64,000 bases of DNA from sequence record MZ574431.2. One strand, 5' to 3'. Made by a program: the position numbers and the translations under genes. Of the stretch, positions 63,354 through 64,000 are shown one piece after another. Numbering within the stretch: position 1 is the stretch's first letter; each line of letters opens with the position of its first letter. The notes below the pieces were generated by a model that worked only from the letters and a program-made list of their open reading frames with translations, ran no database searches and had not been told where the DNA came from.

Positions 63354-64000
63354 GTGGCCACCCTTCCCCTTGGAACGCCCGTCAGCGTCGCCTATTCAGG
63401 CGCGTCGGTGTCGTACGTTCCTACTGCGGACGGGCAAGTCACGATTCACCTGTGGGGTGGGGCCGGTTCTGGCGGTTATTACGCCGACGGTAGCGGCAAC
63501 CTCAACAAGTATGGTGGGGCGGGCGGCTATACCAACGTCCGTTTCATGGCTAAGGCCGGCGACACCATCGACATCGAGGTGGGCCAGGGCGGGCAGGTGC
63601 CGACTGGCACCGGCACGACCGCTTCCTCGGGCGGCGCGGGCGGCTGGCCTGACGGTGGTTACGGCGGACGCTCGACCACCGCCTATGTCGGTCTGGGCGG
63701 CGGCGGGGGCTCCTCTCGCGTCTATCTCAACGGCGAACTTATCGCTGTGGCGGGCGGCGGCGGTGGCGCAACTGGCTTCTATGCCGGGGGCAATGGCGGC
63801 GGTGGCATCGGCGTAACGTCGACCGACACCTCCTCGGGTGCCGGCGGCACTCAGCTTACGGGCGGCGTGGCCGGCTCGGGCACGCTTGCCGTGCAGAGCG
63901 GCGGCTACTTCAGCGGCGGTAAGGGCGGCGCAACGGCGGCCACGGCGCATGCCTATGCGGGCGGCGGCGGCGGCGGCGGCCTCTATGGCGGTGCGTCGAA
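63354..64000 (+). CDS. glycine-rich virion/fibre protein (partial, runs off window)
   Basis: AGGA SD, GTG start; IHLWGGAGSGG, GGAGGY, VGQGG, GGGGGSS, LIAVAGGGGG pattern; no stop before 64000. Confidence 0.7.
   Translation, partial: MATLPLGTPVSVAYSGASVSYVPTADGQVTIHLWGGAGSGGYYADGSGNLNKYGGAGGYTNVRFMAKAGDTIDIEVGQGGQVPTGTGTTASSGGAGGWPDGGYGGRSTTAYVGLGGGGGSSRVYLNGELIAVAGGGGGATGFYAGGNGGGGIGVTSTDTSSGAGGTQLTGGVAGSGTLAVQSGGYFSGGKGGATAATAHAYAGGGGGGGLYGGAS

Larger units (their letters stand above)
1..64000. mobile_element. Segment of a large lytic phage genome, phiCbK-like (Caulobacter/Alphaproteobacteria siphovirus)
   Basis: Portal, scaffold, major and minor capsid and virion genes; dense small ORFs; high GC; many CtrA-like sites; no host housekeeping genes or integrase. 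Confidence 0.88.

Noticed and set aside
63295-63354. Short ORF MATPSGVASVFLPPSTRIA
   Set aside because: Coincides with the terminator hairpin and has no SD

Overview
The window is a segment of a high-GC lytic phage genome most like the Caulobacter phiCbK-type phages (inferred from the DUF4055-type portal, the scaffold/major/minor capsid block and abundant CtrA-like TTAA-N7-TTAA sites; no database search was possible). Layout: (1) 1-1360, end of a rightward gene block; (2) ~1140-2800, repeat-rich non-coding zone; (3) 2830-24585, an early region of 24 promoter-driven mini-cassettes, probably the long terminal repeat; (4) 24680-25100, AT-rich repeat boundary; (5) 25106-33980, leftward block of small genes including CoaB-like, minimal nucleotidyltransferase and YqeY-like proteins; (6) portal at 34266, then ~15 kb of accessory genes; (7) scaffold, major and minor capsid, then fibre-like and other virion genes running off the window. 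No tRNA, rRNA, CRISPR array, integrase or terminase was seen. Best leads: a possible motility-hijack system (four tandem FlbD/SwrD-like proteins plus a protein starting with a FliM-type CheY-binding motif LSQDEID); two proteins ending in an SSB-tail mimic (DEIPF); two identical SD-ATG-AAG-TAG (Met-Lys-stop) minigenes; a GCAT-N9-ATGC operator inside nearly every early promoter; an Acb2/Tad1-like protein next to a MazG-like gene; and truncated scaffold paralogs. Family calls come from motif recognition by eye and need HMM or structure confirmation.
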